Made by a program: the position numbers and the translations under genes. From a virus, in IMG/VR virus record IMGVR_UViG_3300027644_000003, positions 35,470-99,469 of that record: DNA of 64,000 nucleotides; one strand, written 5' to 3'. Below, piece after piece: positions 17,005-26,310 of this stretch (positions are counted from its first letter, which is position 1; every line of letters starts with the position of its first letter). The notes under the pieces were generated by a model. The model did no database searches, was not told the DNA's origin, and saw only the letters and a list, made by a program, of their open reading frames with translations.

Positions 17005-17275
17005 TTTCAGGCCCCTTAATTTCTTCTACCTTACTCCATTTACCAATAGGGCATTCAGCAGGTGCAATCTTAACTTTAAGGTGCATAAAACATCCACACT
17101 TTTTACAGTTCTGAGTTAGTTTAATTAAGTGGGCACATCCGTTGCAAATCTCAAGGCGTTTCTTAGCAACTTCATCGGTAGTGCGAGGAACGTTTTTATC
17201 TAAAAGATCCCAAGGCCTAGTGTCCCCTAAGTTCTTTTTATACTTTTGCCACAGGGATAAGTTCTCTTCAGACAT
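16997..17275 (-). CDS. Cys-rich DUF6171-like protein
   Basis: RLEICNGC...CKKCGCFM..K......CPIGKW. Confidence 0.7.
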   Translation of the reverse strand: MSEENLSLWQKYKKNLGDTRPWDLLDKNVPRTTDEVAKKRLEICNGCAHLIKLTQNCKKCGCFMHLKVKIAPAECPIGKWSKVEEIKGPESE

Positions 17276-17284
17276 ATTGTTCTC

Positions 17285-17770
17285 CTAGATTTCTGACCAC
17301 ATATTTAGGTCTTGGTTCTTAAGCATCGATTTTGGGGCGATATTGAATCCTATCATAAAGGTATTTTCATGACTATAAGTAATCTTTTTTCCTGCTTCCC
17401 AAAGGTAGATGTCTCCCGCAGCCAACAGATTAGATACCCCACCCACAGTTATAAAGCTGCCCTCTTCGGCGGTTAGTATAAATACGCCAGAGAAACAAGG
17501 GATCCTAACTCCTCCGGTGTCGTACCAAACGTCTGTTCGAACCTCGCTTATTAACTCGGATGATAGATAGAAAGTTGAGTGGGTCCGACTCAATTCATAG
17601 TAGCTGCAGGAATCTTCTAGTAACTTTTTGATTTCTCTATGAGCATAGTTAATTGACATATCTTCAGCAATAGGTACATTTGAAGAAAATACTTTTACCG
17701 GCTTAGTCAATAAGCTTAAGAGCACCTGCTCCTCTCCCTTACTCATTAAATCCCCCAATTCTTTGACCAA
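17285..17770 (-). CDS. Cupin / 2OG oxygenase-like hypothetical protein
   Basis: WYDT...FSGVF...GDIYLW...IGFNI pattern; lacks His ligands. Confidence 0.4.
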   Translation of the reverse strand: MVKELGDLMSKGEEQVLLSLLTKPVKVFSSNVPIAEDMSINYAHREIKKLLEDSCSYYELSRTHSTFYLSSELISEVRTDVWYDTGGVRIPCFSGVFILTAEEGSFITVGGVSNLLAAGDIYLWEAGKKITYSHENTFMIGFNIAPKSMLKNQDLNMWSEI

Positions 17771-18248
17771 ACCATATTAACGGAAAAGCTGGGTCTCTGG
17801 GAGGCTCTGCCTCGTCGTAGTCAATTCTTCCGCCCTTGATTGCAGGGACGTAGGAAGATTCTCCTAGTTCAGCCCTAGTTTTGTCATAGATCCTATCGGT
17901 CTGCTTACTTCGATCCCCAGTCCCATCTATATTGATGTCGAACTTAGAAGCAAAAAAGTGTTTTAAAAGTATGCCAAAAGGTACCCAATAGCCGTTACGT
18001 CTATGTATAGGGTTCGTGTACATTCTTTGAACTTGGTAGCCATTATCAAAACAGGCATACATATCGGGGTAGGCATAGGGCATGTACTCAGAAAGTATTA
18101 CTGTGCCGGTAGGGTGCTCATCGTTCTTATATATTGAGACAATATAGGTAAACAAAGTACTTTCTGGCTCAACACAAACATGGACCCAGAAGCCAGTCAG
18201 CTTCTCTGGAAAATCAAAGTTTAGGATTTGTGCGCCGTTTAAGTTCAT
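17739..18248 (-). CDS. GNAT-fold-like protein
   Basis: MYTNPIHRRNGY resembles the acetyl-CoA-binding motif A. Confidence 0.45.
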   Translation of the reverse strand: MNLNGAQILNFDFPEKLTGFWVHVCVEPESTLFTYIVSIYKNDEHPTGTVILSEYMPYAYPDMYACFDNGYQVQRMYTNPIHRRNGYWVPFGILLKHFFASKFDINIDGTGDRSKQTDRIYDKTRAELGESSYVPAIKGGRIDYDEAEPPRDPAFPLIWFGQRIGGFNE

Positions 18249-18250
18249 AG

Positions 18251-20605
18251 TTAGTCAACCGTATTGGAGTCGTGAGTCAACATCCTTTCGGTAAAGAATA
18301 TATCATAAGGTTCACAGTCGATAGAAACCACTTCGTGATTCACATCTACTTTTTTAAGGATGCTAATTGAGATCCAGTTGCGCTCAGCATATGACCATAT
18401 GAGGTCTGTATCTTCAAGATCAAGTGCTTTAACAAACGAGGTTACGTCTCCACGCTTGACCATAATGTAGTGAGTGTCTGAGAATATGTCTGAATCTACA
18501 ATGACTGCCCACTTAGATATACGAGTACGGATGTTTACAATCTCAGTTTCTACAAGGTTAACTTGTGGGTTTTGAGCAATCCATTCAATAAGGTCTATAT
18601 CTGTTACAAGTAAGTTGTCGTACGGGAAGGTAGCGATGTCTGCAGAAAGCAGCTTATCTCCAACTTTAAGATCATGAGCAGCAACTAGCCCATCTTTTGT
18701 ACGAACTAAAGTATTAATGTTAATACTTTTTAGTCCACTTTCGCCAAAGCCAGGGCCAAAGAAATCAAGATCAAGAGGTGGAAGTACCGTCTCTGTAGTA
18801 CCTCCAGTTGAAGTGTCTGTTTCTACAAAAGTAGTACTTCCATCAGGGTTGTTAGTAAAGGTAATTTGTGTTCCAGTCTCTGGATTTACAGGCAACGTTG
18901 TGGTTTCAGGTTGCGTTGGAAGTGTGGTGCCGTTAGAAGCTGCTGGACCTGTAGGGCTTGTAACAGTCGGCTCAACACAAGGACCATAAATATCTGCGCA
19001 ACCGCCTCTAGTAATGCAGTATGTTTGCGTACCGTTGTTTCCGCAATTTTGTGTTCCAGAACCATAGATGCACTCGGTACAGTTAATTACAGGTTCAACT
19101 ACCGTTGGCACACCGCAAAAATTTCTACCCGCACTACGTGGGGCACAGTTAGAGTAGGAACAAGGGTCATATTGGTTAACCATTAGAGTTCCATAACCAT
19201 CTGCACCAACGTTTATACAATAGCTTGCATCATCATCTATACAACAAGGTGTCCCAATAGCTGGAGCTACACAAGCCGTGTATCTGTCTGGACAGTTTGC
19301 TGGGGTCCTAAGAATTGTTCTAGTACCAGCTCTACCATCTGAAGTTGTGCATGGATCATCAGGTATTTCTCTAACAACTGGACAACTTGGTGTTCCCGGG
19401 TCAACCCAAATCTCTGGACACACAGCATATTGACCATTAGTTGTTATGCTGTTAGTACAATTTGTATTTGTAGGTGGGTCTACTAAATTAGTTGTTGAGT
19501 ATTTATTACAACTAGTTACATTTCCGTTAGTCCTACATACTTCTGTTACATAGTAAGTAGTGGTTACTGGCCCACCGCCTGTTGGTCCGGTTACTCCTGT
19601 TGGTCCAGTTGGTCCAGTTGGAGCTTGAACAGTACACTGTACAAAGTTGTATATATTGTTGCAGCCTTCAGGAGTTACACATTTGTATCTAATTGCTTTA
19701 CCTGAAGGACAGCCCGCTTCAGCGTATTCTTCTTCTCCACTACCAACTCCACAGTATGCGCCACCACATTTAGGAATTTCTCCAACACAGTCACCAATAA
19801 CGGTGTCTTGAACTGGAGTACACCAACTTTGGAAAGTTCTAGAAGTTACTAATCTTTGTCCAGTACTTAAGTATCCACAACCCTCATAAGTAGCAGAGGT
19901 TGATTTTGGAATACTGCAATTTTCTGTAGTAGAGCAAGAAGGAAACGAAATTATTCCTGCAGCTTCACAAACCCACTCACCAACTCCAGCAACAACGGTG
20001 CCAGTAAAATCGGTATCTTTGAGTTCATTTATACACGCTCCAGTAGAGAATGGGCGAAGAGTACAGTAGTACTTGACGTTAGGCTGTAAAGGGTTGCAGC
20101 ATGAGTACGAAACTTTAACGGAACTATCACTATAGCGCTTTGTTACACGTTTTGCGTAACCACTAGTACATCCAGAAATTCCACCCCAAAGTTCGCAGTC
20201 TCCTATTTGTTCACTAACTACTTGAATAATTGCATCTTCTTTAGTACACACTCCTGCTGGAGCTGTATAGGTAATGCATCCCGGATCTGTTTGACAGGTG
20301 TAGGGCGCAGTTCTAGTTCCTAAAGTAACGCCATCTGCTAAATAGCAAGGCTCTGTTGTAGGAAGAATAATGCCGTTAGTGCCGTTTAAACAATAGTTAG
20401 GCCGGTAACAAATAGTCTCTGGAATAGCTGCGGGCTGTTGTCCTGGAGCAGTACAGGTAGATCTCCATGTTCCGCTTATTCGAACATAAGATTGGTTTAC
20501 TGTACGCCAAGTTCCGTTTACTTTTACATATCCGCAAACACCATTAGAAGGAGAGTCTGTGGTGACTACCTTCCAAGCACCGGCAACTTTAGCGTATGTT
20601 GCCAT
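18251..20605 (-). CDS. Cys-rich fibre protein with C-terminal Hint domain
   Basis: YVKVNGTWR repeats, Cys-rich body, Pro/Thr linker, Hint-like blocks A/B/F/G. Confidence 0.75.
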   Translation of the reverse strand: MATYAKVAGAWKVVTTDSPSNGVCGYVKVNGTWRTVNQSYVRISGTWRSTCTAPGQQPAAIPETICYRPNYCLNGTNGIILPTTEPCYLADGVTLGTRTAPYTCQTDPGCITYTAPAGVCTKEDAIIQVVSEQIGDCELWGGISGCTSGYAKRVTKRYSDSSVKVSYSCCNPLQPNVKYYCTLRPFSTGACINELKDTDFTGTVVAGVGEWVCEAAGIISFPSCSTTENCSIPKSTSATYEGCGYLSTGQRLVTSRTFQSWCTPVQDTVIGDCVGEIPKCGGAYCGVGSGEEEYAEAGCPSGKAIRYKCVTPEGCNNIYNFVQCTVQAPTGPTGPTGVTGPTGGGPVTTTYYVTEVCRTNGNVTSCNKYSTTNLVDPPTNTNCTNSITTNGQYAVCPEIWVDPGTPSCPVVREIPDDPCTTSDGRAGTRTILRTPANCPDRYTACVAPAIGTPCCIDDDASYCINVGADGYGTLMVNQYDPCSYSNCAPRSAGRNFCGVPTVVEPVINCTECIYGSGTQNCGNNGTQTYCITRGGCADIYGPCVEPTVTSPTGPAASNGTTLPTQPETTTLPVNPETGTQITFTNNPDGSTTFVETDTSTGGTTETVLPPLDLDFFGPGFGESGLKSININTLVRTKDGLVAAHDLKVGDKLLSADIATFPYDNLLVTDIDLIEWIAQNPQVNLVETEIVNIRTRISKWAVIVDSDIFSDTHYIMVKRGDVTSFVKALDLEDTDLIWSYAERNWISISILKKVDVNHEVVSIDCEPYDIFFTERMLTHDSNTVD

Positions 20606-20608
20606 GGC

Positions 20609-20890
20609 TTAAACGTACTTCAGCCAGACATCCCCATCAGAACCACCAGTAGGTGTTCCAGTAGATGTAAATATATTTCGTACAACTCCAGAGCTAGTAC
20701 TTGCAGTTGTAACTGCGCCGTTAGTTGCGCTTACTGCACCAATAGCTAAAGGTAGAACGGGGTCTAATCCGCCCTGAGCATGCTGGGTAGCGTGAAGAGA
20801 TGCAGCAGCACCAATAGATGCAGGATCAGCTTGAGCTGTTCCAAAAGACTCCCAAGTGTTTGCTTGTTGATTCCATCTGCGTAAACCCAT
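20609..20890 (-). CDS. Small fibre-associated protein
   Basis: HATQHAQGGLDP and PTGGSDGDVWLKY motifs. Confidence 0.65.
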   Translation of the reverse strand: MGLRRWNQQANTWESFGTAQADPASIGAAASLHATQHAQGGLDPVLPLAIGAVSATNGAVTTASTSSGVVRNIFTSTGTPTGGSDGDVWLKYV

Positions 20891-21483
20891 TAGTTAACTC
20901 CAAACACTAGTACGGTGCCGGCTGTAAAACCACCGGCATCAATAATTAACTGAACAGAACTAATTGGCTGTACCTGTAACCAGGTTCCAACTTTAAGAAC
21001 AGGGGTTATGTTATTGTTAACGAGTCTGTACACGCCGTTTGCTACGCATGTAGAGTATCCTTGCGTATCTTGAGTGTCTTCAAAGGTAAAAGAAAATTTA
21101 TTTGTGGATATTCCAGATTTAATAAGTGGTAGTTCTATAATTTCTGTAGCCACTAGTCCAGCAGAATCAATATAACTAACGTTATCATTATTACAAGTTA
21201 CTCTAAGAGTTGCATTTGCAGAAAGTACTAGTCCCCGTATTAAAATGTAAAGGTCTTTGTAGTCTGAGTTTACAGATAGGTTAACTGATCTTCCAACAAT
21301 TGTTGCTAAGTTTAAAGTTTGTAACAGGTTTTTACCCGCGTTATTTTGAGTATCGGAGTCAATCCAAACATCTCCGTCAGTAGCATATGTTGGTAGAAAC
21401 GGACCAATATGAATAGTTTTACCGGGACGATTGTCCGTAAACTGAATTGCTCCTACGTCTACTCCGTTAAGTTTAACTGCCAT
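20890..21483 (-). CDS. Fibre-associated structural protein
   Basis: DGDVWID and C-terminal PISSVQL...GTVLVFGV. Confidence 0.6.
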   Translation of the reverse strand: MAVKLNGVDVGAIQFTDNRPGKTIHIGPFLPTYATDGDVWIDSDTQNNAGKNLLQTLNLATIVGRSVNLSVNSDYKDLYILIRGLVLSANATLRVTCNNDNVSYIDSAGLVATEIIELPLIKSGISTNKFSFTFEDTQDTQGYSTCVANGVYRLVNNNITPVLKVGTWLQVQPISSVQLIIDAGGFTAGTVLVFGVN

Positions 21484-21818
21484 TAGTCGGTAATCTCCGA
21501 TCCAAAGGCGTTAAATGATAGGTTATTGGTAGACGCAAAAATGTAAATAGCGTCACCAGTTCTTAAAGTAATTCCTAAAGTGTAGGTAATTGTAGATGTG
21601 GCGGGTATAGTGCTATCAAAAACAATATACTGCTTAGCGCTGTCTACGGCGCCATTTTCACGAACAGAAATTCTGTATGTGGATGAGCTACTTCCTCGGT
21701 TACAAATAGAGATAGTAGACACTACTGTTTGAATGCCTGTTCCAACAGGGCCGTAAAGCGGGGTAATTGTCGTGGTAACTGGCGCTGATTGAGCTAGGAT
21801 CTTATACGTTGTTGCCAT
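21483..21818 (-). CDS. Virion structural beta-protein
   Basis: TYKILAQSAP...LSFNAFGSEI; similar to the N-termini of the adjacent collagen fibres. Confidence 0.65.
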   Translation of the reverse strand: MATTYKILAQSAPVTTTITPLYGPVGTGIQTVVSTISICNRGSSSSTYRISVRENGAVDSAKQYIVFDSTIPATSTITYTLGITLRTGDAIYIFASTNNLSFNAFGSEITD

Positions 21819-22878
21819 CTAGGGTCTCCCGTGAATAAAAGGCTAAATTAGACTGAAGCCTAAGTTCGTCTGGATTTAATTCTACAGCTTTAGTGCCGTA
21901 AGTCAGGGCTTTCTCAAAGTTTCCTAGATTGTAGGCCGATATAGCAGCGTAGTCATAGGGCATATATCCCCAAGCAAACTCTTCACATAGATACTCTAAA
22001 GGTTTGTCTGTAATAGATAGGGCATTTTCTGCCATAACTAGACACTCTTCCCACCTGTTTTGTTGGTAGTAGAACTCCGCCAACTCTACATAGGCCTCTC
22101 TACGAGTAGGAGCTTCCTTAACTGCTTTCTTAAACCACTCTTCTTTTTCCCTAGGGTCAATCTCGAGTTTGGCTATGTAACGCATAGATGCGGCACGCTC
22201 TGGGGGCCAAACCGCTTTTGGTAAAGATAAGTGACGTTTGAACTCTTCTGTTGCTAATGAAGCTTGGCCATGAAAAAACAACTCTCGGGCGTAATAAAAA
22301 GCATTACGATCATCTGAAAGATCCTCTAGCACAGCTTGTTGCAAAAGAGGCATATATTGAGAACGAGACTTTGAATCATCTGCATGGTGATGGATCTCTA
22401 ATTTAACCCAACCTTGACGCTCTTCACTTTGATTAGTTACTAGAACTTCGTGTACTGGATGCTTCCAACGATACCCTTTTCGTGTGTGGATTTTATCCCC
22501 ACCATATTGAAGCCCTGGAGTACCATCTGCTTTCCAATTCCAAGTGTATTGGTAACGAGGGCGAGTCCAACCTTCTTGATGAGCTTTTTCTAATTCTGGG
22601 CGCCAACCCTCAATAAGGACTTCATCTAAGTCTAATGCAATGCAATAATCTATGTCTAAGGGTATAGCGGCTAAAGACGCATTACGAGCATCATCAAATC
22701 TCCAAGGTTTTACGCCAATATTTACTACGTTTATACCCAAAGACTTGGCAAGTTCAACAGTACTGTCGTTAGAACCAGTATCAGCAATAAGCAAGTAGTC
22801 AGCGTCTTTTGCCGATTCATACCAAGTTTTAACAAACTTAACTTCGTTTAGAGCAATCGAATAGACTGCAACTTTCAT
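21802..22878 (-). CDS. GT2 glycosyltransferase with TPR repeats
   Basis: IALNE, ADTGSNDST, FDDARN, LDLDE and VHE motifs; TPR-like C-terminus. Confidence 0.93.
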   Translation of the reverse strand: MKVAVYSIALNEVKFVKTWYESAKDADYLLIADTGSNDSTVELAKSLGINVVNIGVKPWRFDDARNASLAAIPLDIDYCIALDLDEVLIEGWRPELEKAHQEGWTRPRYQYTWNWKADGTPGLQYGGDKIHTRKGYRWKHPVHEVLVTNQSEERQGWVKLEIHHHADDSKSRSQYMPLLQQAVLEDLSDDRNAFYYARELFFHGQASLATEEFKRHLSLPKAVWPPERAASMRYIAKLEIDPREKEEWFKKAVKEAPTRREAYVELAEFYYQQNRWEECLVMAENALSITDKPLEYLCEEFAWGYMPYDYAAISAYNLGNFEKALTYGTKAVELNPDELRLQSNLAFYSRETLDGNNV

Positions 22879-22901
22879 ATTATGCTCCGATTTTGTAGGA
22901 A

Positions 22902-23075
22902 TTACTTAGTGGCTGCTACTTTTCTTTTTAGGTCGTCTAATGCATCTTGTATACGATCTTGTGTTCTAGTATCTAAAGATTTAATTTCTTCTAGACGAAC
23001 AAGCTCTGCTTCTAGAAGTACTATGCCTTTTTCGTAGTCTGCAACGCTTGCCGCAGGGGTTGTTTCTTCAGTCAT
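22902..23075 (-). CDS. Small coiled-coil protein (57 aa)
   Basis: Manual ORF MTEETTPAAS...VAATK; GAGGAG RBS. Confidence 0.7.
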   Translation of the reverse strand: MTEETTPAASVADYEKGIVLLEAELVRLEEIKSLDTRTQDRIQDALDDLKRKVAATK

Positions 23076-23078
23076 TTA

Positions 23079-23198
23079 TTACTCCTCTGTTGGGTAGACA
23101 AGATCGTAGCCAATTACAGCCCCAGTCTCATCCTTTACTTCGAATTTTTCTGCCCCAGTTTCTGGGTCAAGTCCTAAACTTACTTTAGTTACGGTCAT
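23079..23198 (-). CDS. Small fibre-chaperone-like protein (39 aa)
   Basis: Manual [12 protein letters not shown]...YPTEE; ATGA overlap with fibre gene. Confidence 0.65.
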   Translation of the reverse strand: MTVTKVSLGLDPETGAEKFEVKDETGAVIGYDLVYPTEE

Positions 23199-24670
23199 AC
23201 TAATCTTCCCCAAATTCCTACTGTGCTAGTTGAATAGGCAGTAGCGCTGGCTGGTAGGTCTGCAGTTGCTGCTACTAAACCTGTCATTCTTGGAGCTAAT
23301 GTGCTCAAAGTTGCTGGAATAGAGTTAAAGGCTGTGTACACAGTACCTACTGTAGCAGCCACAATTACTACGCCTATTGCATAACGTGTTCCAGCGGTAA
23401 GCGTATAGCTTGCTGCGTATCCACCAGTAGTATTAAATGATCGTGTATAAACAGTATTAACTGCGCTAAAGATTGTGGTGTCTGAGGCTGTTCTAGCAAC
23501 AAGAGTTGCATTACCTGAACCGTCTACCGTGTATAGACCAAATCTAACTAAGCTCTGACCAGTTGTTTGTGTTGAGGCAGAAGCAATAGTAATAGAGCTA
23601 ACTGAGGTAGTTGTTCGTGGAGTAAAGAAAGTAAAGTAAGTAGATCCACTAGAAGGTGTTCCCGTAAAGTTTCCAATACGTGGGTACACATCAACAGCAG
23701 TTGCTGATTGATTTACTGAGCCAATAAGAGGAATTTCATACGCAGAGGTATCAAATGAAACCGTAGAAGTTCCGACATCGTAAAGTACTGGAGAGGTTGC
23801 TGCCACTAGTCCTTTTGGACCTGTTGGACCTGTTCCACCAGTTGGACCTGTTACGGTCGATGGAGGTCCAGTTGGACCTGTTGGGCCCGTAACAGTGGAC
23901 TGTGGACCAGTTGGACCGGTAGGCCCCGTAACTGTAGATGGAACAGTAGAGGTTGGCCCGGTAGGACCTGTTGGTCCAAGAATGTTTCCAGTGTTAAGCC
24001 ATTGAGTTCCAGACCATACCCAAAGATCTCCACCAATTAGGTAAGCATCTCCAATAGATCCTGTTGGATACGCAGCAACAAGGGCCGCGTAAGTTGCAAA
24101 AGAACCAAGAATGTTAAGTCCAGCACCAATAGCTCCGGTAGGTCCTGTGGGACCTGTAGGTCCTATAAAACCAGTATTTCCAGTTTGACCGGTTGCACCT
24201 TGTGAACCTGTTGGTCCAGTAGCTCCAACAGAAATAGAAATTTTCCAGGTAGATCCATCCCAAAAAGCAATTGACTGGGTTACAGCATTAATCCAAATAT
24301 CACCAATAGACGGAAATGCCGGAGGTCCAGCGTTATAAGTTACATACTGATTACCGTTGTTTTCGTACGCACCGTTTACGTAATAAGAAAGGTTATCACT
24401 ACTACCAAGTACAGTTACAATATCGCCAATATTAATAGCAAATCTAAATGTTTCAAAAGATTGACCCGCACCAACAGATATGTTTTTAACAATGTAAATT
24501 CCTGCGGAGGCAAGAGTTGCTCCATTAGGGATTACAGCAACGCTAGAGGTTGCGTTAACTTCTCCTTTATTGGCAACAATAACGGATACAACATAACCAC
24601 GTGCGGCAGTAACAAGATTTGTTTGTACATCCTTTAAAGGATTGGCGTTTCCTACGCGGACTACTGGCAT
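23195..24670 (-). CDS. Collagen-like fibre protein
   Basis: GPT triplet repeats. Confidence 0.9.
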   Translation of the reverse strand: MPVVRVGNANPLKDVQTNLVTAARGYVVSVIVANKGEVNATSSVAVIPNGATLASAGIYIVKNISVGAGQSFETFRFAINIGDIVTVLGSSDNLSYYVNGAYENNGNQYVTYNAGPPAFPSIGDIWINAVTQSIAFWDGSTWKISISVGATGPTGSQGATGQTGNTGFIGPTGPTGPTGAIGAGLNILGSFATYAALVAAYPTGSIGDAYLIGGDLWVWSGTQWLNTGNILGPTGPTGPTSTVPSTVTGPTGPTGPQSTVTGPTGPTGPPSTVTGPTGGTGPTGPKGLVAATSPVLYDVGTSTVSFDTSAYEIPLIGSVNQSATAVDVYPRIGNFTGTPSSGSTYFTFFTPRTTTSVSSITIASASTQTTGQSLVRFGLYTVDGSGNATLVARTASDTTIFSAVNTVYTRSFNTTGGYAASYTLTAGTRYAIGVVIVAATVGTVYTAFNSIPATLSTLAPRMTGLVAATADLPASATAYSTSTVGIWGRLV

Positions 24671-24680
24671 TTATTTACCC

Positions 24681-26300
24681 CTAACCAATAACCGTAATTG
24701 TGCCATTCATTGATGAATGGAGTGAACATATATAGTATAAAGTATTCGGGGCACCGGCCGGCACCGTAAATGTAATTATGCCCGCTCCTGTTCCCCCATT
24801 TGTTACTCCTGTTGAGTAAGTAAGGTTTGAGTTGTAAGCGCCTGGAGTTGTTTGAAAGTAGAATGGGTGGCTAGGAGCGTTTATAGTAAAGTAATACGTG
24901 TAACCCCGTACAAGGGTTATTGCTGGATTATTACTAGTTCCATCAATTGTGTAAGTACCGCCTGATGGACTAGTTACTAAAAAGTTTTTTGCTACGGTCA
25001 TGCCTGTTGCACCCGTTGCCCCCGTTGCCCCCGTTGGACCTGCAACAGTTGAGGCTGCTCCTGTAGGGCCAGTTGGTCCGGTAACAGTACTTGCGGCACC
25101 AGTTGCTCCGGTTGGTCCGGTTGGACCACCTGACGGACCTGTTGGGCCGGTAGGACCTGTTGCGCCAATAGCTGCGGCTTCACCAGGAATACCTTGAGAA
25201 CCCGTAGGACCAGTAGGACCTGTTGGTCCCGCTACTGTGCTTGCCGCACCTGTAGGGCCAGTAGGACCCGGTATAACACTCGCAGCTCCTGTAGGACCAG
25301 TTGGCCCCGTAGGTCCTCCTGAAGGACCTGTAGGTCCGGTAGGACCATCAATACCTGCAGTACCTGTTGGACCAGTTGGACCAACACATCTAACTCCAGC
25401 AGGCCAAGCCCCACTTGTTTTTGGTCCATAAATAGTGCTACTAGCAGTGTCTATGTAAAATTGTCCGTCAACGCCAATAATATTTGTTGGGGGTAGAAGG
25501 CCGGAAAGTATTCCAGAACCAGCTGGACCCGTTACACCTTGTGCACCAGTTGGGCCTGTAGGGCCACCTGAAGGACCTGTAGGTCCAGTAGGACCAACTA
25601 GGGGTCCAGCATTTTGCCAAACAGTGTTTGACCAAACATATAATTCAGTTCCTACTACATAACCGTCACCGTTAGTACCACCTGTTCCATGTGCGGCTAT
25701 AAATAGTGCGTATGTTGAGTAATAACCTTTTATTACTAAACCGCTTCCAGTATTACCTGGAGCACCAGTTGGTCCAGTTGCACCTGAAGCTGCAGCCCAA
25801 CCTGTTGGAGTTTTAAACTCAATATAGTTTAAGTCTGTGTTGTATCTCCAGTAACCTGTTTCTGCAGCAGCTGGGCGTTCTGCCGTAGTTCCAACTGCAG
25901 GATAAATAACATTATCGTTACCCCTAATAATTTTATTAGTAAAGGTAATAGGTACATTGTTAATACTGTATTCGTTATTTTGATCCATACCTTGAATAAC
26001 AAAAGAAGTGCCTGCGGTTGTTGATCTAACTAGTACGGTGTCTCCCGCATTTACGCCAAATTTAAAAGTTTCAAATGCCTGCCCTAAGCCTACCTCTAGG
26101 TTAGAGGTAATGTAGGCGTATCCACTTGGTTGAGATACTCCTTGAGGGACAACCCAAATATCTACTTTAGTTGCACTAGTAGTAGCAGCAGTTAAAGTAT
26201 TTGAAGCAATAACGGATGCAAGGTATGACGTAGTTACGTTATACAAAACATACGAAGTATTAGCCGCAGGTGTGAAAGCACCAAGTCGAACAATCGCCAT
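24681..26300 (-). CDS. Collagen-like fibre with C-terminal cupredoxin-like domain
   Basis: GPT repeats; SHPFYF...[11 protein letters not shown]. Confidence 0.85.
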   Translation of the reverse strand: MAIVRLGAFTPAANTSYVLYNVTTSYLASVIASNTLTAATTSATKVDIWVVPQGVSQPSGYAYITSNLEVGLGQAFETFKFGVNAGDTVLVRSTTAGTSFVIQGMDQNNEYSINNVPITFTNKIIRGNDNVIYPAVGTTAERPAAAETGYWRYNTDLNYIEFKTPTGWAAASGATGPTGAPGNTGSGLVIKGYYSTYALFIAAHGTGGTNGDGYVVGTELYVWSNTVWQNAGPLVGPTGPTGPSGGPTGPTGAQGVTGPAGSGILSGLLPPTNIIGVDGQFYIDTASSTIYGPKTSGAWPAGVRCVGPTGPTGTAGIDGPTGPTGPSGGPTGPTGPTGAASVIPGPTGPTGAASTVAGPTGPTGPTGSQGIPGEAAAIGATGPTGPTGPSGGPTGPTGATGAASTVTGPTGPTGAASTVAGPTGATGATGATGMTVAKNFLVTSPSGGTYTIDGTSNNPAITLVRGYTYYFTINAPSHPFYFQTTPGAYNSNLTYSTGVTNGGTGAGIITFTVPAGAPNTLYYICSLHSSMNGTITVIG

Positions 26301-26310
26301 GGTCTCCCCC

